Positions 29,488 through 39,044 of a stretch of 44,868 bases of DNA are shown here, one piece after another. The position numbers and the translations under genes are program-made. This DNA is from an uncultured Candidatus Saccharibacteria bacterium (GTDB lineage Bacteria; Patescibacteriota; Minisyncoccia; Phycocordibacterales; Phycocordibacteraceae), in contig CAZQGQ010000004.1 in assembly GCA_964593365.1 (NCBI GenBank), forward strand, positions 1 through 44,868. Reading direction: 5' to 3'. The number at the start of each line of letters is the position of its first letter. The stretch's first letter is position 1. The notes below the pieces were generated by a model that had not been told where the DNA came from, did not search any database, and worked only from the letters and a program-made list of their open reading frames with translations.

Positions 29488-29973
29488 ATGGCTAAGAAAG
29501 AAATCGAGAAGGACGAGCAGGAAATAGAGGCCGATCACGCCGAGCTTCGTGTCTACGAGCTTGGTTTTCACATTGACCCAGAGCTAGGAGCCGAGGACGC
29601 TAAGAAGGTGTACCAGGGACTCCGCTCCAAGATGGAGGCTGCGGGTTCTATCGTCGCAGAAGGGGAGCCACAGAAGATCCCGCTCGCCTACACTGTATCT
29701 CGAGGAGAGACCGGAGGCCGCCGCGACTTTGATTCAAGCTACTTCGCTTGGGTCGCCTATGAAGCAAATGGAACAGGACATGAGGGTGTTCTCACCGCAG
29801 CTCGCGCTGAGACCCGCGTCTTCCGCTTCCTCGACATCCGAACGGACAAGGAGGCAGCCCGCCACGCAGCCGAAATGCACGCCATCATGGCCCAGAACGC
29901 CGAGAAGACCGATGCAGGGGATGAGGTTTCAGACGTCGATATCGACGCAGCCCTCAAGGACGTCGCCATCTAG
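29488..29973 (+). CDS. rpsF: 30S ribosomal protein S6
   Basis: YELGFHIDP, LAY, VFRFL; rpsF-ssb-rpsR gene order. Confidence 0.88.
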   Translation: MAKKEIEKDEQEIEADHAELRVYELGFHIDPELGAEDAKKVYQGLRSKMEAAGSIVAEGEPQKIPLAYTVSRGETGGRRDFDSSYFAWVAYEANGTGHEGVLTAARAETRVFRFLDIRTDKEAARHAAEMHAIMAQNAEKTDAGDEVSDVDIDAALKDVAI

Positions 29974-30020
29974 CCCATACGGTATACTGGAGGGTATACG
30001 AGCTTTAACGCACCACCAGG

Positions 30021-30473
30021 ATGTACCTCAACAAAGTTCAGCTCTACGGTAACCTCACTCGCGATCCAGAGATGCGAGCGCTTCCGTCAGGCCAGCAGGT
30101 AGCGAACTTTTCAATAGCAACCAATCGCACCTACAAGGATAAGGACGGTCAGAAGAAGGAGCAGACGGAATTCCATAACGTTGTCGCCTTCGGCAAACTC
30201 GCCGATGTGATCGGGCAGTACATGAAAAAGGGACGACCGCTTTACATTGAAGGACGCATTCAGACGCGCTCATGGGAGGCAGATGGCAAGAAGAACTACC
30301 GCACGGAAATCGTAGTTGAGAACTTCCAGTTTGGCGCAGGCGGTGGAACTGGCGCTGGAGCAGGAGGAGGCGCATCTCGCGGAGACGATGCTGAACAGAA
30401 GGCCCCACAGGATGATGGCGGACAGATTCAGTACCCGGACGAGGAAATTAATCCGGAAGACATCCCGTTTTAA
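30021..30473 (+). CDS. ssb: Single-stranded DNA-binding protein
   Basis: LNKVQLYGNLTRDPE, EGRIQTRSW, C-terminal EDIPF. Confidence 0.97.
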   Translation: MYLNKVQLYGNLTRDPEMRALPSGQQVANFSIATNRTYKDKDGQKKEQTEFHNVVAFGKLADVIGQYMKKGRPLYIEGRIQTRSWEADGKKNYRTEIVVENFQFGAGGGTGAGAGGGASRGDDAEQKAPQDDGGQIQYPDEEINPEDIPF

Positions 30474-30517
30474 GCGTTTTTGACAAACACTGGGTACTCA
30501 TATAGATTGGGACGACT

Positions 30518-30724
30518 ATGGCATATCAATCAGAGCGCGAAGAAATAGAGCACAAGAAATTTGTCGACTACAAGGACATTGTGTACCTTCGCCAGTTCAC
30601 GAACCCGCACGCAAAGATGCTTTCTCGCCGCCGCACCGGCACTCCAGCCGACAAGCAGCGCCAGATCACCCTTGCAATCAAGCGCGCCCGCTACATGGCA
30701 CTCTTGCCGTATCTCGCAGCGTAA
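30518..30724 (+). CDS. rpsR: 30S ribosomal protein S18 (no Zn ligands)
   Basis: DYKD, RRRTG, QRQITLAIKRARYMALLPY. Confidence 0.95.
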   Translation: MAYQSEREEIEHKKFVDYKDIVYLRQFTNPHAKMLSRRRTGTPADKQRQITLAIKRARYMALLPYLAA

Positions 30725-30734
30725 CGATAAAAGA

Positions 30735-30760
30735 AAGAACCGCCTTAGGGCGGTTTTTCT
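30735..30760 (+). terminator. Intrinsic terminator after rpsR
   Basis: AACCGCC-TTAG-GGCGGTTTTT. Confidence 0.85.
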
Positions 30761-30767
30761 TATATAT

Positions 30768-30822
30768 AAAAAACACCCTCTGCGGAGAAACTCACCTTTG
30801 AGCTTCTCACGCAGATAGGGCG
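30768..30822 (-). terminator. Long hairpin with U tract
   Basis: Minus strand GCCCTATCTGCGTGAGAAGCTCA..TGAGTTTCTCCGCAGAGGGTG-TTTTTT. Confidence 0.65.
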
Positions 30823-30848
30823 GACACGACTACAGGGACCCGGCGACG

Positions 30849-30902
30849 TTATCCCAAGAAGCCTTCATCTGGTGGGCGAAACCAGACATAGTCTCCGACC
30901 AT
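30849..30902 (-). CDS. Candidate 17-aa ORF MVGDYVWFRPPDEGFLG
   Basis: Lies between the efp stop (with a TG-C-TACGCT -10-like box) and a long terminator; no clear SD. Confidence 0.35.
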   Translation of the reverse strand: MVGDYVWFRPPDEGFLG

Positions 30903-30945
30903 GGCAACACTGCGCTTTGGTCGTCTGCGGAGCGTAGCACAAGGG

Positions 30946-31521
30946 CTACGCCTTTTCCATTCGCTCGACGTATTCTCCCGTTTCCGTATTGATCTTCAAA
31001 ACGTCTCCCGGATTGATGAAAAGGGGAGTGAGAACCGTTGCACCTGATTCAAGAGTGACGATCTTATTGCCGCCAGTTGCCGTATCTCCTTTGACTGCAG
31101 GGGGAGCGTCCGTAACCTTAAGCTCGACTTTGATCGGGATATCAAGCGTCATCGGATTTTCGTTGTAGGTAAGGACTTCGACAGGGGAGTTCTGGATAAG
31201 CCACTGGATCTTGTCGTGAACGACGTCCTCAGGGAAGGAGAAGCGGTTCTTCGGGTTTCCTACTTCCGCAAACCAGGACTCACCGCGGTTGGTGTAGAGG
31301 TAAAGGGCTTCCATGGTCCCGATATCCGCTTCCGGAACGCTCTCGTTTTGGTGGAAGGAGATCTCAGTCACTTTGCCAGATACGAGGTGCTGGAGCTTGG
31401 TCTGGTTGACCGGCTTTCGCTGCTGCATGCGGAAGACGTGCGAAGACAACACCTTGTACGGCTCGTTGTTGTAGACGATCACTTTCTTCTGGACGATTTC
31501 GTTGTATGAGAGTATGGCCAT
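30946..31521 (-). CDS. efp: Elongation factor P
   Basis: YLY, PAVKGDTA, LESGA...PLFINPGDVLKINT..GEYVER. Confidence 0.93.
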   Translation of the reverse strand: MAILSYNEIVQKKVIVYNNEPYKVLSSHVFRMQQRKPVNQTKLQHLVSGKVTEISFHQNESVPEADIGTMEALYLYTNRGESWFAEVGNPKNRFSFPEDVVHDKIQWLIQNSPVEVLTYNENPMTLDIPIKVELKVTDAPPAVKGDTATGGNKIVTLESGATVLTPLFINPGDVLKINTETGEYVERMEKA

Positions 31522-31592
31522 GGCAATAAAAATTCCCCGAGCGGGGTGATGCAGGCATCATACCCGTCTTGGCAGTTGTTTTCAAGACGCCG

Positions 31593-31621
31593 TTGACAAT
31601 CAGCCGTCCTCTTTCTATGGT
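31593..31621 (+). promoter_or_regulatory. Sigma70-type promoter divergent from efp
   Basis: TTGACA-17 nt-TATGGT. Confidence 0.7.
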
Positions 31622-31678
31622 GGTTGCTCGGCTGTTTCCAAGCAGCTCAACCTGTTACAAGGGGGTAACCAGCGGCTA

Positions 31679-31831
31679 ATGAAAAACCTCTGGTGCGAAT
31701 TCTGCCTAGAACACGTCTTCTTCCCGTGCGAAACGGAGGAGGAGTCGAAAGACCGGTGCTGGAACAAACGACCGCCTGAAGAGACGGTCATACCAACGGA
31801 GTCGCCCGTAGAAGAAACGGTGCGGCGATGA
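31679..31831 (+). CDS. 50-aa Cys-rich small protein, possibly Zn-binding (not in the ORF track)
   Basis: MKNLWCEFCLEHVFFPCETEEESKDRCWNKRPPEETVIPTESPVEETVRR; has its own promoter and terminator. Confidence 0.6.
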   Translation: MKNLWCEFCLEHVFFPCETEEESKDRCWNKRPPEETVIPTESPVEETVRR

Positions 31832-31857
31832 AGGTGTTGGTCCAGCCCCTAACTAAG

Positions 31858-31892
31858 ACGCGCGCTCAAGAACAGAGCGCGCGTTTACTTTT
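31858..31892. terminator. Hairpin terminator between the small ORF and recA
   Basis: ACGCGCGCTC-AAGAACA-GAGCGCGCGT-TTACTTTT. Confidence 0.75.
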
Positions 31893-32949
31893 ATGCCTCT
31901 GCGAGCTTCTCGCGGATCTGCTTCAGAAGATCTGCAGCAATCGGCTTGTTGTCTCGAAGGAAGGTACGCGATGCGTCGTAGCCTCGGCCAAGAGAAACCT
32001 CTCCAAACTTGTAGGAAGAGCCTGACTTCTGGACAAGGTCATAGCGCTCGCCAAGTGCGATTAGTTCACCCTCGCGGCTGATGCCTTCGTTGTAGAGAAG
32101 ATCGAACTCAGTTGTCTTGAAGGGAGCTGCAACCTTGTTCTTAACGACTTTGACGCGCACGCGTCCGCCCACAATCTCTTCTCCTTTCTTGATCTGCGCG
32201 ATGCGGCGGATATCAAGACGGACTGAGGTGTAGAACTTCAAGGCTTTTCCGCCCGTAGTCGTCTCAGGGTTTCCGAACATGACGCCGATCTGCATGCGGA
32301 TCTGGTTGATGAAGATGATGATGGTCTTCGATTTCGCGGTGATTGCCGTGAGTTTGCGAAGTGCTTGGGACATGAGGCGCGCCTGCTTACCCATCTGCGC
32401 AGAACCCATATCTCCTTCAATCTCATCCTTTGGAGTCAACGCTGCGACTGAGTCAACGACGATGATGTCGACTGAGTTTGCTCGAACGAGGGATTCGACA
32501 ATCTCAAGCGCCTGTTCGCCAGTGTCTGGCTGGGAGATGAGAAGCTCCGGGAGCTTCACGCCGATGCGGCGTGCGTATTCAGGATCAAGCGCGTGCTCAG
32601 CGTCGACGAACGCGCAGATGCCTCCTTTCTTCTGCGCTTCTGCAATTGAGTGGAGCGCGAGTGTTGTCTTACCGGAAGACTCAGGTCCATAAATCTCGAT
32701 GATGCGTCCGCGGGGAAGTCCTCCAACGCCAAGCGCGGCATCAAGCCCGATTGATCCCGTTGGGATAACAGGAATAGCGGCTACTTTTCCAGAGCCGTAG
32801 GTCATGATGGATTCCTCGCCGAACTTCGTGCGAATCTCCTTGAGCGCGAGCTCAACGGACTTCGCCCGCCCGTCTTTGGTGTCCGTATCTAGTTCTGATC
32901 GGGTTTCTTCGGTCTCAGCTTTCTTCGTCGTTTTCTTTTTCGTAGCCAT
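31891..32949 (-). CDS. recA: Recombinase A
   Basis: [51 protein letters not shown]. Confidence 0.99.
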   Translation of the reverse strand: MATKKKTTKKAETEETRSELDTDTKDGRAKSVELALKEIRTKFGEESIMTYGSGKVAAIPVIPTGSIGLDAALGVGGLPRGRIIEIYGPESSGKTTLALHSIAEAQKKGGICAFVDAEHALDPEYARRIGVKLPELLISQPDTGEQALEIVESLVRANSVDIIVVDSVAALTPKDEIEGDMGSAQMGKQARLMSQALRKLTAITAKSKTIIIFINQIRMQIGVMFGNPETTTGGKALKFYTSVRLDIRRIAQIKKGEEIVGGRVRVKVVKNKVAAPFKTTEFDLLYNEGISREGELIALGERYDLVQKSGSSYKFGEVSLGRGYDASRTFLRDNKPIAADLLKQIREKLAEA

Positions 32950-32966
32950 ACAGAAATTTCGTTTAA

Positions 32967-33293
32967 TTATGGGACGAACACCGTCCTCCGTTCGGTCGTC
33001 ATCCTTCCGAACCGGTCCTTTGCCGTCAAAGTAAGTATACCGCCTCCGGAAGGGAGGAGCAGTTCCTTCTCGAAGCGTCCTTCCTGGTCAATGAGAAGAG
33101 GAGCTCCATTCAAAGAAACCGACTCAGTATGGTGGGCCACTCCTGAAACGATGATGAACCCGTCTGGGGCGCTCGCATGGTCTGCAGGGGACTCAATGGA
33201 AAGGGAAGGCCCAGAAAGGAGAGGCCAGGCCTTTATGGCCCCGTACCCGAGCAAAACGACGAGGACGAGACCGACAGCGCTCCGTATGAGCAT
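32967..33293 (-). CDS. Small membrane-anchored Ig-like protein
   Basis: TM helix, then [21 protein letters not shown]. Confidence 0.7.
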   Translation of the reverse strand: MLIRSAVGLVLVVLLGYGAIKAWPLLSGPSLSIESPADHASAPDGFIIVSGVAHHTESVSLNGAPLLIDQEGRFEKELLLPSGGGILTLTAKDRFGRMTTERRTVFVP

Positions 33294-33296
33294 GGG

Positions 33297-35459
33297 CTAG
33301 TAGGGGCGCTCCTCGACGGCCTCAGGGGCTACAGGGATTGCTCCTCCTCCGCGCGAGAGGATGTCTCGAGGGCGAGAGCCATCTGCGCTTCCGATAACGC
33401 CCTTTTCCTCAAGGATATCCATAAGGCGAGCAGCGCGGGAGTAGCCGATGCGGAGCTTGCGCTGCAGGTACGAGGTTGAGGCACGTCCGGCTTCTTCAAC
33501 CGCCGCCTTAGCATCTTGATAAAGGTCGTCATCTGAGTCGTCATCTTCCATCGACATGGAGATGGCAGTATTCGGTTCATGTCCGGTGCCGTTTTGGCCT
33601 GCCCCAAGATCAAGGGAGGCGAGAGAGCCGGCGTTCTTCTGCTTGATGAAACTCACCACTTTCTTTACTTCGTTCTCGTTAATGTAAGCAGTCTGCAATC
33701 GCACAGGCTTTTGCATGTCGCTTGAGAGGTAGAGCATGTCTCCGGCGCCAAGGAGGGATTCTGCGCCTCCGGTATCAAGAATGGTTCTCGAATCGATCTG
33801 GCTTGCAACCTGGAGCGCCATGCGCGTTGGCACGTTCGCTTTGATGAGGCCGGTGATCACGTTAACAGAAGGGCGCTGCGTTGAGAGGATGAGATGGATA
33901 CCGACAGCGCGAGACATCTGCGCAAGGCGTACGATCCCAGCTTCAAGCTCGCGCGGGTAGCTCGACATGATATCGGCAAGCTCGTCGATAACGACGATGA
34001 TGTAGGGCATCGGCTCAGGCATTTCGGCTGAGTTCTTTTTCTTTGCAGGCTCGACGACGGTGCGGTGATAGGAATCGATATCGCGCACCTGCTCGGTCTC
34101 AAGGATGTTGTAGCGGCGTTCCATCTCCTTTGCTGCCCACTTCAAGGCCATGATGCATTTCTTAGGGTCGGTGATGACGGGAGTAAGCAGGTGGGGGATA
34201 CCGTTATAGAGGGTGAGCTCGACGCGCTTCGGGTCGACCATGATGAAGCGCAGCTGGTTAGGGCCGTTGCGGTAGAGCAAGGATGTGATGAGCGCGTGGA
34301 TGGCAACTGACTTACCTGAGCCCGTAGCGCCTGCGACAAGGCCGTGAGGCATCTTCGCGATGTTCAGGTAGTGGGGAGTTCCGGTAATGTCGCGGCCAAC
34401 AGCAGCCAGAAGAGGCTTATCGCTCTTGTTCCACTCAGGGGAAGAGAGGACGCCACCGAGGCCCACCATCGCCTTGGATGCGTTCGGGACTTCAATACCA
34501 ACGAGCGATTTGCCAGGGATAGGTGCTTCGATGCGTACGGGATGCGCGGCAAGGGCAAGTTCAAGGTTGTTTTGGAGCGAGACGATCTTCGAGAGGCGTA
34601 CGCCCTCTGCAGGCTTAAGTGCGTAGCGAGTGACGGTCGGGCCGATGGACACTTCGTCCATCTCAACTGAGATACCGAAGTTCTGGAAGGTGCGGCGGAT
34701 AACGTTTGCGTTTGCCTTGATATCGCCGACGCCCGGCTTCCCGCGATCCTCTGCAAGTATGGAAAGGGGAGGGGGAGTGTATTCAGTATCGAATACAGGG
34801 ATAGGTCCTACCGCCTGGTTTTTAGTTTCCTCGTTGAATACCTTAACGACCGGATCCGATTCGATATCCGCTTCCTTTATAGGAGCGGTTTCTTTCGTCT
34901 GAACGTCCTCGTCTTCGTACTCTTCCTCTTTCTCAGCTTTCACCGGAAGCTTAAGCGAACCGAGTGTGCTTCCAACGTTCTCCGCCATGCCGGAAATGCG
35001 CTTCAGCAGCGCGACAACGTCCGTTGCGATGATGAGCCCGACAATCGCTAATGCTGCAAGAAGGATTATTCCGCCGCCTACGCCAAACAAGTCGGTCGTG
35101 AGCCCGCCAAGAAAAAAGCCAAGCTGCCCGCCAAGGGTATCTGAGGCGATGCCGATAAGGGAAAGCATCGAGAGGAATATAAGGAGTGCCCCGGCGCCAA
35201 CAAGCGGAGGAATGAGGGAGCGCTTCATGATCAGCATCACGCCTCCAAGGAGGAGCCCAAGGGGAATAAGAAAGGCGCCGATACCTGCCAGGTGATAGCT
35301 AAAGGAGAAAAGCGCGCCTCCTGCGAACCCGCCGCTTCCAAAGGACGCAAACAAGAGGATGAGTCCGAGAGCGATGATTCCTACAGCGATGGCCCAGCGG
35401 ACGATATCCCCGTATTCACCGGTCTCTTTCTTCTTGCGCCGCTTCATAGATAGACGCAT
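33297..35459 (-). CDS. ftsK: DNA translocase FtsK/SpoIIIE
   Basis: N-terminal TM helices, GATGSGKS, DPKRVEL, IDELAD, TQRPSV, LQRKLRIGYSRAARL; start may be 35447. Confidence 0.96.
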   Translation of the reverse strand: MRLSMKRRKKKETGEYGDIVRWAIAVGIIALGLILLFASFGSGGFAGGALFSFSYHLAGIGAFLIPLGLLLGGVMLIMKRSLIPPLVGAGALLIFLSMLSLIGIASDTLGGQLGFFLGGLTTDLFGVGGGIILLAALAIVGLIIATDVVALLKRISGMAENVGSTLGSLKLPVKAEKEEEYEDEDVQTKETAPIKEADIESDPVVKVFNEETKNQAVGPIPVFDTEYTPPPLSILAEDRGKPGVGDIKANANVIRRTFQNFGISVEMDEVSIGPTVTRYALKPAEGVRLSKIVSLQNNLELALAAHPVRIEAPIPGKSLVGIEVPNASKAMVGLGGVLSSPEWNKSDKPLLAAVGRDITGTPHYLNIAKMPHGLVAGATGSGKSVAIHALITSLLYRNGPNQLRFIMVDPKRVELTLYNGIPHLLTPVITDPKKCIMALKWAAKEMERRYNILETEQVRDIDSYHRTVVEPAKKKNSAEMPEPMPYIIVVIDELADIMSSYPRELEAGIVRLAQMSRAVGIHLILSTQRPSVNVITGLIKANVPTRMALQVASQIDSRTILDTGGAESLLGAGDMLYLSSDMQKPVRLQTAYINENEVKKVVSFIKQKNAGSLASLDLGAGQNGTGHEPNTAISMSMEDDDSDDDLYQDAKAAVEEAGRASTSYLQRKLRIGYSRAARLMDILEEKGVIGSADGSRPRDILSRGGGAIPVAPEAVEERPY

Positions 35460-35596
35460 TTTATCACCACCACGCCTTGTTTCCTTATTTTCGAGCGATG
35501 CCTCGTAATATATTCATCGAAAATCCGGGCTTGGTTTAGCCTTTTTTGACACCCCTAAGTCGGAGAGTATACTTGTCCTTGACTCAACATCTGACC

Positions 35597-36361
35597 ATGG
35601 ACGACAAAGGACAAACCAGCCAAATCAAATCCGTCTCTCTTCGGAATAAGGCTGACGGGCTCAGCGGTTTTGTCCTTGATAAGTCCATATTTAACAAAGT
35701 ATTTGAAAAGGACGTACGCCGCGTATACGTCTACAAGAAGTCAGAACGGATCGCAAAAGCCATCCACATGATCAGTCCGGCCTTCAAGGACTCCCGGCCA
35801 ATGCGCGAACGCCTTCAAAGACTCGCGGTCGAGCTCATAGACGCGGCCTCACGTCCTATACCAGAATCGCGCGAAGCCCTGTCTCGAGAACTCCTGACCC
35901 TCCTTAGCATCCTCTCGATGGCCCGCTCAAGCCAGATGCTTTCCCACATGAATGCTGACCTGATCGGAAGGGAAGCGCAGGCGCTCCTCCAAGACATCTC
36001 AGGATACGAGGACCCCCGCGTCGCCTTTGAAGACGTCCCAACGCTCGCTTCTATTTCTAAAGCCGTTCCTCAAAAGGGAAGCCAGCCGCTTTCCCAGAAA
36101 GCCCAGGCGTCCTATCCCGATATCTCAGATAAAAGACATGATAAAGGACTTGCCCCTCAGATAAAGGACAACAGTTCCCGCCGCGAATCCATCCTCTCCG
36201 TCCTGAAATCAAAAGGCCCTTCCTATATAAAGGATATCTCTACGGTCATCCGCAACGTGAGCGAAAAGACAGTCCAGCGCGAACTCCAGACGCTCGTGTC
36301 TGAGGGTCTGGTCAGCAAGAAAGGGGAGCGTCGCTGGACCACATACTCCGTTATTTCTTAA
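35597..36361 (+). CDS. Hypothetical protein with C-terminal DeoR-like winged HTH
   Basis: Helical N-terminal domain; RRESIL...IKDI...VSEKTVQRELQTLV..G.V.K.GERRW. Confidence 0.75.
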   Translation: MDDKGQTSQIKSVSLRNKADGLSGFVLDKSIFNKVFEKDVRRVYVYKKSERIAKAIHMISPAFKDSRPMRERLQRLAVELIDAASRPIPESREALSRELLTLLSILSMARSSQMLSHMNADLIGREAQALLQDISGYEDPRVAFEDVPTLASISKAVPQKGSQPLSQKAQASYPDISDKRHDKGLAPQIKDNSSRRESILSVLKSKGPSYIKDISTVIRNVSEKTVQRELQTLVSEGLVSKKGERRWTTYSVIS

Positions 36362-36544
36362 GGACTTCGGCAATCTTCATCTTTGACGTGAAGAGCCTTT
36401 TAGGCTACTATCTGACTCGTGGGTGCTCTCTCTATTTAGCGGATCAAAACAGCAGGCCGGGCAACCGGTCAGTTTTCCGTTATATACGAAGGGTTATCCA
36501 CACGGGCCAGTACACGTGTAAACACTTGGTTTCCCGTATACTGG

Positions 36545-36937
36545 TACCTAGGTCCAGTTTGGCCTTCCAAGGCTAGACTGGATTGACGGGGCTTGGCCCC
36601 AAAAGATTTTTGACATCTTTCATCGTGCGTTCATCCAGTCGCCCCTACAATAGGGGAAGACGTATTGAGCGTGCTGATGATCATAGTCACAATACAGAAA
36701 CGGTTGCTTCATCCAGTTACGAAAGAAACTCTGAAACGACTAACCTAGCCAGCTAGCCGATGGGACGTGGGTCGAGACTACGCCCTGTCGGATAGACTGA
36801 AATGCGTATATCAGAATTGAGTCTTCACGGATTTGATTCTGGTGGTCATTACAAAACTTGAGAACGGACGCGCGTGCGGCGCACATTATTAGTAGTCGCA
36901 CCGCACCTGCGTCTCTAAAAACAAATTAAAAACACAT
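36545..36937 (+). promoter_or_regulatory. Long structured 5' leader of the surface-protein gene
   Basis: TATACT at 36537-36542, then about 390 nt with at least six hairpins and no convincing ORF. Confidence 0.6.
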
Positions 36938-38872
36938 ATGGTTGCAAACAATGCAATTGCTAAGATCGCGGCAGTAGTCGCTGGTCTTGGACTCGTTGCG
37001 ATGTCGTTTGCGTACGCTGCTCCGGCACGTGCTGCAACAACGGCAGAACTCGAGGCCCAGATTCAGGCACTTATGGCGCAGCTCGCAGCACTCGGAGGTA
37101 CTACCTCCGCTTCTACCACGTTCACGATGGATCTTACCCTCGGTTCAACAGGACCTCAGGTAACGGCTCTTCAGAACTGGCTTATCAGCAAAGGATTCGC
37201 TATTCCTGCAGGCGCAACTGGATACTTCGGTGCCCAGACGCAGTCAGCAGTAGCAGCATTCCAGGCAGCTAACGGAATTTCTCCAGCCGCAGGTTACTTT
37301 GGTCCGATGACTCGAACCAAGGTTAACGCTATGGCAGGTGGTTCAACTGGTGGAAGCACCGGTGGTTCAACTGGAGGAAGCACTGGCGGTTCAACTTCGT
37401 CTGACGAAGGCTACCTCGACGAGTTCGATGAGATTTCATCGATCAGCAGCGAGGAAGTTGGAGAAGATGAGGAAGACGTAGCAGTCCTCGGTGTAGAGAT
37501 GGAAGCTGTTGACGCTGATCAGACGATCACGCGCGTAACAGTTGAAATCGACACTCCAGCAGGTTCAAGCCCTTCTGACGACCTCGAAGACTTCATCACT
37601 GAAGTCTCTGTATGGCTCGACGGCGAGGAACTCGACCGCATGGAAATCGAAGACGCAAGCCACGACCGCTCAGCAGATGAATACACCTTCCGCTTCACTG
37701 GCCTTGATGGCGAGATCAGCGAAGGTGATATGGCAGAGCTTACGGTCGCAGTTACTGGAGTCGGAAACCTCGACTCTGATGACGAAGGCGACGGATGGAC
37801 CGTTACGATTCCTACTGATGGAATCCGCGCAGTCTCTCCAAACGGAGTTGATGACACCTACGATTCAGGTGCCTTCAACGAAACGTTCACACTCGAGACT
37901 TTTGCTTCGGCAAACGATGTTGAGTTGAACGCAACTCTTACGGACGAAAGCCCAGAAGAGACCGTTGCTATCGTTGAAGACGAAGACGAGGAAATCGTTC
38001 TTCTTGAGTGGGATTTCGAAGCTGATGGGGATTTGACCCTCAACGACCTCGAGATCGACCTCACTTCAGTCGGTGCTGATCCAAACGTTATCGCAAACGA
38101 ACTCACTCTCGATTGGGGAGATGATTCACAGCGCGAGAACATTGGTGCTGGCGCAGGACCTATCGCGGTTGTCTTTGATGACCTCGAACTCGACTTCGAA
38201 GACGGTGACACGATGACCTTCCAGGTTATCGCAACCGTTAACGACTTCGGTGGCGCCTTCGGCGCAGGCGACACGCTTAAGGCTGATCTTGACACCTCTG
38301 AAACAGACGTAGAGGACGCATCCGGTGAAGAACTCACTGGTACCGACCTTTCCGGTTCTGCTAACGGTGAAGCTCAGCACTTCTTCGAGATTGCTCCAGA
38401 AATCGACCTAGAAAACGTCGAAATGAGCATTGTTGAGAAGGATAACGGCGATGCCGCAGCTGAATCAGCAACGGCCACCATCGAATTCGATCTTATCGCC
38501 CGCGGCGGAACTTTGTTCCTCAACGGTGATGATGAGACGACCGAGGCGGACGAAGCCTTCCGCGTGGACGCAACTGGTACCGACTCATCGGTTACGAGCT
38601 ACACAGTGACCATCACTGGATACTCTGACGTCGATAACAGCGGTGCTAACGAGGAATACTTCACTGTTGACGAGGATCGAGAGGTCCACGTCCTCATTGA
38701 AGCTGTCGTTACCAAGGACGGTGCAGGAACAGCTCTCGTTGGCCTTGAGGTCATCGAAGTACAGTTCGGTACTGTTGCCACAGATGATGACACCCGCTCT
38801 GCGTTTGTCATGAGCTGGGCAGACCTTCTCGATGAACTCGAGACAGGCCGCTTGGCACTCACTGGTGCGTAA
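36938..38872 (+). CDS. Secreted acidic S-layer-like protein with N-terminal peptidoglycan-binding domain
   Basis: Signal peptide, coiled coil, GPQVTALQNWL..TGYFGAQT..AV..FQAANGI...GYFGPMTR, GGST linker, very Asp/Glu-rich beta-rich body. Confidence 0.85.
   Translation: MVANNAIAKIAAVVAGLGLVAMSFAYAAPARAATTAELEAQIQALMAQLAALGGTTSASTTFTMDLTLGSTGPQVTALQNWLISKGFAIPAGATGYFGAQTQSAVAAFQAANGISPAAGYFGPMTRTKVNAMAGGSTGGSTGGSTGGSTGGSTSSDEGYLDEFDEISSISSEEVGEDEEDVAVLGVEMEAVDADQTITRVTVEIDTPAGSSPSDDLEDFITEVSVWLDGEELDRMEIEDASHDRSADEYTFRFTGLDGEISEGDMAELTVAVTGVGNLDSDDEGDGWTVTIPTDGIRAVSPNGVDDTYDSGAFNETFTLETFASANDVELNATLTDESPEETVAIVEDEDEEIVLLEWDFEADGDLTLNDLEIDLTSVGADPNVIANELTLDWGDDSQRENIGAGAGPIAVVFDDLELDFEDGDTMTFQVIATVNDFGGAFGAGDTLKADLDTSETDVEDASGEELTGTDLSGSANGEAQHFFEIAPEIDLENVEMSIVEKDNGDAAAESATATIEFDLIARGGTLFLNGDDETTEADEAFRVDATGTDSSVTSYTVTITGYSDVDNSGANEEYFTVDEDREVHVLIEAVVTKDGAGTALVGLEVIEVQFGTVATDDDTRSAFVMSWADLLDELETGRLALTGA
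37337..37396 (+). repeat. Five 12-nt coding tandem repeats (GGST linker)
   Basis: GGTGGTTCAACT alternating with GG(T/A)GGAAGCAC(C/T). Confidence 0.8.
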
Positions 38873-38907
38873 TCTCTAGATCTAACGATCTAAAGGTCAC
38901 AACCTAC

Positions 38908-38935
38908 AAAAACCGCCCCTTAGGGGGCGGTTTTT
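38908..38935 (+). terminator. Intrinsic terminator
   Basis: AAAAACCGCCCC-TTAG-GGGGCGGTTTTT. Confidence 0.88.
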
Positions 38936-39044
38936 GTTTACCCTGACAAGCAAAGTTATCCCCTATCTCGAAGAAGATGCGAGGAATAGGGGTTACACTA
39001 GGTACAAACGACGCTGTCGTTTACTAATTAATAAAATCATTACT

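Noticed and set aside
36494-36502. Perfect DnaA box as a replication origin
   Set aside because: It is a single box with no cluster, no AT-rich unwinding element and no dnaA/dnaN nearby.
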